From Candidatus Enterousia onthequi (lineage in GTDB: Bacteria; Pseudomonadota; Alphaproteobacteria; Rs-D84): a DNA stretch of 64,000 bases. Below the pieces are notes generated by a model. That model was not told the DNA's origin, made no database searches, and saw nothing but the letters and a program-made list of their open reading frames with translations. The position numbers and the translations under genes are program-made. Shown one piece after another: positions 58,908 through 64,000 of this stretch; position 1 is the first letter of the stretch, and each line of letters opens with the position of its first letter. The stretch spans positions 2,058-66,057 of the forward strand of contig JAGHVJ010000006.1 in the NCBI GenBank assembly GCA_018064365.1, in the 5' to 3' direction.

Positions 58908-59273
58908 ATGGCAGACATTCAAAAATTAGTTGAAGAATTGTCAAAATTGACTGTTTTGGAAGCTGTTGAACTGTCCAAAGCATTAGAAGAAACATGGGGC
59001 GTCAGTGCTGCTGCTGCTGTTGCAGTTGCTGCTGGTCCTGCAGCCGCTGCGGTTGAAGAAAAAACAGAATTTGATGTTGTATTGGCCGAAGCCGGTGCAA
59101 ACAAATTGGCTGTTATCAAGGCTGTAAAAGACATCACAGGTTTGGGTTTGGGCGAAGCCAAAGCATTGGTCGAATCTGCACCAAAAGCTGTGAAAGAAGC
59201 AGTTGCCAAAGATGAAGCTGAAAAAATCAAAGCTACTTTGGAAGCCGCTGGCGCAAAAGTAGAAATGAAATAA
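58908..59273 (+). CDS. rplL: 50S ribosomal protein L7/L12
   Basis: Ala-rich hinge followed by the C-terminal domain. Confidence 0.95.
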   Translation: MADIQKLVEELSKLTVLEAVELSKALEETWGVSAAAAVAVAAGPAAAAVEEKTEFDVVLAEAGANKLAVIKAVKDITGLGLGEAKALVESAPKAVKEAVAKDEAEKIKATLEAAGAKVEMK

Positions 59274-59413
59274 TTTTTACAAAAAACTGCTAATCGCACA
59301 GACTTGCGATTCGTGCCCATACCCGCCGAAAAAAACTCGGCGGGCGTTGGGTGAAAAAATATATTACAAACAGTTTCGTTTGCAAAACGCATAGAAAAAA
59401 AGGATTTAAACCC

Positions 59414-62400
59414 ATGGCAGTCATCCAGAAATTTAGAAAATCTTTTGGTAAAAGTTTTTTGCAAACTCCACTTCCCGATTTAGTCGAAATTCAATATAAC
59501 TCGTACAAGGACTTTTTACAGGCCGATGTTGAACCGCAAAACCGCGAAAACAAAGGTTTGCAAAGTGTTTTCTTGTCGATGTTTCCAATCAAAGATTATT
59601 CTGGTATCGCGGATTTGGAATTTGTCGAATATACACTGGAAAAACCTGTATACAACGTAAAAGAATGTATGTTGCGTAACATGACATATTCACGCAGATT
59701 AAAGGTAAAATTACGTCTTATTCTGTGGGATGTTGCCGAAGATGGCAAAAAAACATTGCGCGATATCAAAGATCAAGAAATATTTATGGGCGAAGTCCCA
59801 TTGATGACTGAACGTGGCAGTTTTATTGCGGCAGGTGTGGAACGCGTTATCGTTTCCCAGATGCACCGTGCCCAAGGTGTCGTTTTTGCAACCACAAAAG
59901 AGGCTAAAATTGCCGGTAATCCGACAACATATACTGCGCGTATTATTCCAGAACACGGGTCTTGGATTGATTTCGAAGAATCCAAGGGTGTTATTTATGT
60001 GCGTATTGACCGTCGTCGTAAAATCCCAGCAACCGTGTTGTTGCGTTGCTTGCCATGTGCCGAAGATGAAAAGAAATGGGCGGCGGACCCACGCAAAGCG
60101 GGTATCCGTGGTATGTCTGATACAGAAATTTTGGGCGCATTTTACAAATCAATTCAATTGTCATTTGATGGCAAGGTTTGGGTTGGTGACACCGCATGTT
60201 TCGAAGGTCTGGATAAATACCGTTTGAATTACGATTTGTTATCCGTCAAGGGCGACAAAGAGTTGGCAAACAAAGGCGACAGATTGTCTGCAAAACGTTT
60301 GTCTAAATTGATGTCGTCTGCGAAACAATTTGGTATTGCCACTGAATCATTGGTTGGCGAATATTTGTTTGAACCAATCACATCTGCTGGCGAAGTTGTG
60401 TACCCATCTGGTACAGAAATTACCGAAGAAATTTTGTCTGATTTGGACAAAATGGGTATTAAAAATATTTCTATTATCGCGATTGATAATGCAACAGTTA
60501 CCGCACATATGCGCAATACTTTGGCGGCCGATAAAATCACAAATCGTGATGATGCATTGATTGAAATTTATAATGTTATCCGCCCGGGTGAACGTCCTAC
60601 GGTCGAAGCCGCGTTGAATTTATTCTTGCGCCAAGGTTTCGATGCTGCATATTATGATTTGTCTGCGGTTGGTCGTTTCAAAATGAATAAACGTTTGAAA
60701 ATAGATTCTGGCAAACGTCCCGAAGATGAACGTTTGTTGACCAAATCTGATTTTCTGGCGGTGTTAAAGACATTGACAAACATTATCGACCACAAAGACA
60801 CAATCGACGATATTGATAACTTGTCTAATCGTCGTGTTCGTGCAGTTGGTGAATTATTAGAACAAACTTTCCGCACAGGTATGTTGCGTATTGAACGTTT
60901 GGTTCGCGAAAGTTTGTCATCTCCAAACATTGCAAATATGCAACCCCAAGATGTTATCAATGTTAAACCATTGATGTCTTTGATTGCAGAATTTTTGGGA
61001 ACATCTCAATTATCACAATTTATGGATGCGTATAACCCGTTGGCAGAATTGGAACACAAACGTCGTATTTCTGCATTGGGGCCTGGCGGATTAAACCGTG
61101 ATCGTGCCGGCATTGATGTCCGCGACGTGCATCCAACACATTATGGTCGTTTATGCCCAATTCATACACCCGAAGGTGCGAACATTGGTTTGATAAACCA
61201 CTTGTCATCTTATGCGCGCGTCAATGAATACGGATTTATCACAACCCCATATTACGAGGTCAAAGACGGCAAAGTCACAAATAAAATTGTGTATTTGACG
61301 GCTGACGAAGAAGTGGGGCATAAAATTGCCCAGGGTAATACACCAACAAACACACGTGGCGAATTGGCAACAGATGTTGTGACTGCTCGTGTTGATGGCG
61401 AATTTACAATGGTGCCCAAGTCCGAGGTTGACTTAATCGACGTTGAACCGCGCCAGGTGGTGTCAATTGCCACAGGTTTGATACCGTTCGTTGAAAATGA
61501 CGACGCTAACCGTGCATTGATGGGTTCGAACATGCAACGCCAAGGCGTTCCATTATTGCGTGTCCAGGCACCATTGGTCGGTACCGGTATCGAACGCGAG
61601 GTTGCACGTGATTCCAGAACAGGTAAGGTTGCAAAACACAGTGGTGTCGTAGAATCTGTGGATGCAAACCGTATCGTGGTTAAATGTATGAATTCTCGCA
61701 ATGTGGTGACTGGTGTAGATATTTATAATTTGGAAAAATTTGAACGTTCTAACAGTGAAACACTTATCCACCAAAAACCATTGGTCAAGGTCGGAAATCG
61801 TATTTCTGCCGGTGATATCATTGCCGACGGTTCTTCGATGAATTACGGTGAATTGGCTTTGGGACGCAATGTCTTGGTTGCATTTGTGCCATGGCGCGGA
61901 TATAACTACGAAGACGCTATTGTGATTTCCGAACGTATTTCCCGTGAAGATGCGTTTACATCTGTTAAAATCGTAGAAAAAGAATTCAAGGTTCGTGATA
62001 CCCAATTAGGACCAGAAAGTTTCACACGCGACATTCCAAATGTCAGTGAAGAAGCGGTTAAAAATCTGGACGAATCTGGTATTATTTATGTTGGTGCCCG
62101 CGTGAAACAGGGTGATATTTTGGTTGGTCGTGTGTCGCCAAAATCTGAAACATTATTGACCCCCGAAGAAGCGTTGCTGCGTAATATCTTTGGTGAAAAG
62201 GCATTAAATGTTAAAGATACATCTTTGCGCGTTGGACCAAACGAAGAAGGAACTGTTATTGGTGTGAACGTTTTGACACGTCATGGTGTTAAAAAAGACG
62301 AACGCACCCAGATGATTGAATTGGAAAAAATCGCAAAAATCAACAAAGACCGCAGCGAAGAAATCGCAATTATTGAAAAAGGCTTTGCTGACCAGATTTT

Positions 62401-63550
62401 CCAAATGGCTGAAAATGAAACAATCGAAAATGGCACAGGTTCTTTGAAACCGTTTGTTGGTAAAAAGTTGACCGCCGAAGTTTTCGAAGGCATTGTTGCG
62501 TCTGATGTCAAAAAATTGGTTATTAAAAATAAAGAAATCCAGGCAAAAATTTCTGAATTGTGCGAACAACACAACATTAAATTGGCTGCTTTGAACGAAA
62601 AAGCGGATGCCGAGGTTGCCAAAGTGACCGAAAGCAATTCTCTGAGTGCTGGCGTTTTGAAAGAAGTCAAAGTGTATATTGCACATAAAATGAAATTGCA
62701 ACCAGGTGATAAAATGGCCGGTCGTCACGGAAACAAAGGTATCGTGTCCAAGGTTGTTCCAATCGAAGATATGCCATATATGGAAGACGGAACCCCTGTG
62801 GATATCGTTTTGAATCCTTTGGGCGTGCCATCACGTATGAACATTGGTCAGATTTTGGAAACTCACTTGGGTATGGCTGCACGTTCTTTGGGACAACAAA
62901 TTGGTGCTGTTCTGGAAGAAGTTAAACAAAAACGCGCCGTAACAGACGATTTGCGCAATATTATGGGTAAAATCTATGGCAAAGAAGTATCTGAAAAATT
63001 AGAAAAAATGACAGATACTGATGTCCGTGCCGAGGCTGCATTACTGTGCGATGGTGTTCCAATGGCAACTCCAACATTTGACGGTGCGAACCCAGACGAT
63101 ATTCGTTCTATGTTGAAATTGGCGAATTTACCAGAATCAGGTCAGTTCACATTGTACGATGGTATGACTGGTGAAAAATTTGCACGTCCTGTGACGGTTG
63201 GTGTTATGTACATGATGAAATTGCACCACTTTGTGGATGAAAAGATTCACGCACGTTCTGTGGGCAGTTATTCATTGGTCACACAACAACCATTGTCAGG
63301 TAAGGCACACATGGGTGGTCAGCGTCTTGGAGAAATGGAAGTGTGGGCATTAGAGGCCCACGGTGCTGCACACTTGTTGCGCGAAATGTTGACGGTTAAA
63401 TCCGACGACATTACTGGCCGTAACAAGATGTACGAATCCATCATTTCCGGCAATAATGACATCCAAACCGGCACGCCCGAGGCTTTCAACGTGTTCGTTC
63501 GCGAATTGCGTGGATTGGGTCTGGCGATGACACCTAAAAAGGTAGACTAA
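59414..63550 (+). CDS. rpoB: DNA-directed RNA polymerase subunit beta
   Basis: MAVIQKFRKSFGK.. plus the conserved beta-subunit regions. ~1378 aa. Confidence 0.95.
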   Translation: MAVIQKFRKSFGKSFLQTPLPDLVEIQYNSYKDFLQADVEPQNRENKGLQSVFLSMFPIKDYSGIADLEFVEYTLEKPVYNVKECMLRNMTYSRRLKVKLRLILWDVAEDGKKTLRDIKDQEIFMGEVPLMTERGSFIAAGVERVIVSQMHRAQGVVFATTKEAKIAGNPTTYTARIIPEHGSWIDFEESKGVIYVRIDRRRKIPATVLLRCLPCAEDEKKWAADPRKAGIRGMSDTEILGAFYKSIQLSFDGKVWVGDTACFEGLDKYRLNYDLLSVKGDKELANKGDRLSAKRLSKLMSSAKQFGIATESLVGEYLFEPITSAGEVVYPSGTEITEEILSDLDKMGIKNISIIAIDNATVTAHMRNTLAADKITNRDDALIEIYNVIRPGERPTVEAALNLFLRQGFDAAYYDLSAVGRFKMNKRLKIDSGKRPEDERLLTKSDFLAVLKTLTNIIDHKDTIDDIDNLSNRRVRAVGELLEQTFRTGMLRIERLVRESLSSPNIANMQPQDVINVKPLMSLIAEFLGTSQLSQFMDAYNPLAELEHKRRISALGPGGLNRDRAGIDVRDVHPTHYGRLCPIHTPEGANIGLINHLSSYARVNEYGFITTPYYEVKDGKVTNKIVYLTADEEVGHKIAQGNTPTNTRGELATDVVTARVDGEFTMVPKSEVDLIDVEPRQVVSIATGLIPFVENDDANRALMGSNMQRQGVPLLRVQAPLVGTGIEREVARDSRTGKVAKHSGVVESVDANRIVVKCMNSRNVVTGVDIYNLEKFERSNSETLIHQKPLVKVGNRISAGDIIADGSSMNYGELALGRNVLVAFVPWRGYNYEDAIVISERISREDAFTSVKIVEKEFKVRDTQLGPESFTRDIPNVSEEAVKNLDESGIIYVGARVKQGDILVGRVSPKSETLLTPEEALLRNIFGEKALNVKDTSLRVGPNEEGTVIGVNVLTRHGVKKDERTQMIELEKIAKINKDRSEEIAIIEKGFADQIFQMAENETIENGTGSLKPFVGKKLTAEVFEGIVASDVKKLVIKNKEIQAKISELCEQHNIKLAALNEKADAEVAKVTESNSLSAGVLKEVKVYIAHKMKLQPGDKMAGRHGNKGIVSKVVPIEDMPYMEDGTPVDIVLNPLGVPSRMNIGQILETHLGMAARSLGQQIGAVLEEVKQKRAVTDDLRNIMGKIYGKEVSEKLEKMTDTDVRAEAALLCDGVPMATPTFDGANPDDIRSMLKLANLPESGQFTLYDGMTGEKFARPVTVGVMYMMKLHHFVDEKIHARSVGSYSLVTQQPLSGKAHMGGQRLGEMEVWALEAHGAAHLLREMLTVKSDDITGRNKMYESIISGNNDIQTGTPEAFNVFVRELRGLGLAMTPKKVD

Positions 63551-63577
63551 AATAATTGGGAATTGGTGCGGTGGTAA

Positions 63578-64000
<423 letters not shown>

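Overview
This 64 kb window is AT-rich and looks like an alphaproteobacterial genome, probably from an obligate intracellular or Rickettsiales-like lineage. The alphaproteobacteria-specific nucleoid protein GapR, the pyruvate phosphate dikinase gene ppdK and a scattered VirB-type type IV secretion system (T4SS) support that guess. Coding density is high and most genes are ordinary housekeeping: ppdK, an ABC exporter, rplU-rpmA, dnaQ, a UvrD-family helicase, rmuC, def-fmt, truA, comEC, gapR, pyk, a PBP5-like DD-carboxypeptidase, recR, rsmA, a Kef-type antiporter, yraN, grpE, tpiA, ppiD-like, lspA, yidC, lpxD, rpoH, yfgM/bamB-like genes, and tRNA-Trp-secE-nusG-rplKAJL-rpoB-rpoC(5' end). Scattered among these are T4SS pieces. 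There is a virB8-virB9-virB10 operon (51.1-55.9 kb) in which VirB9 carries a C-terminal SPOR-like peptidoglycan-binding domain and VirB10 is doubled in size by an N-terminal domain and a Cys-rich C-terminal extension. Five tandem and divergent paralogous polytopic membrane proteins (15.0-21.7 kb) are VirB6/TrbL-like by architecture. A second operon (35.5-37.9 kb) encodes a tiny lipoprotein, two more VirB8-like bitopic proteins and a secreted acidic protein. Other features that do not look like textbook genes are a pair of ~735-aa paralogous secreted proteins with Arg/Ser/Thr-rich low-complexity regions and Cys-rich domains flanking rplU-rpmA, and three tandem paralogous small Cys-rich proteins between fmt and truA. 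A duplicated 16-18 nt perfect palindrome (AAAAACCTAGGTTTTT) overlaps a putative promoter of a TTG-start secreted protein. A recurring GCCGGC-ATTT-GCCGGC terminator hairpin and a frameshifted VIT-family gene were also seen. All calls come from reading the ORF translations and sequence by eye. No database searches were run.
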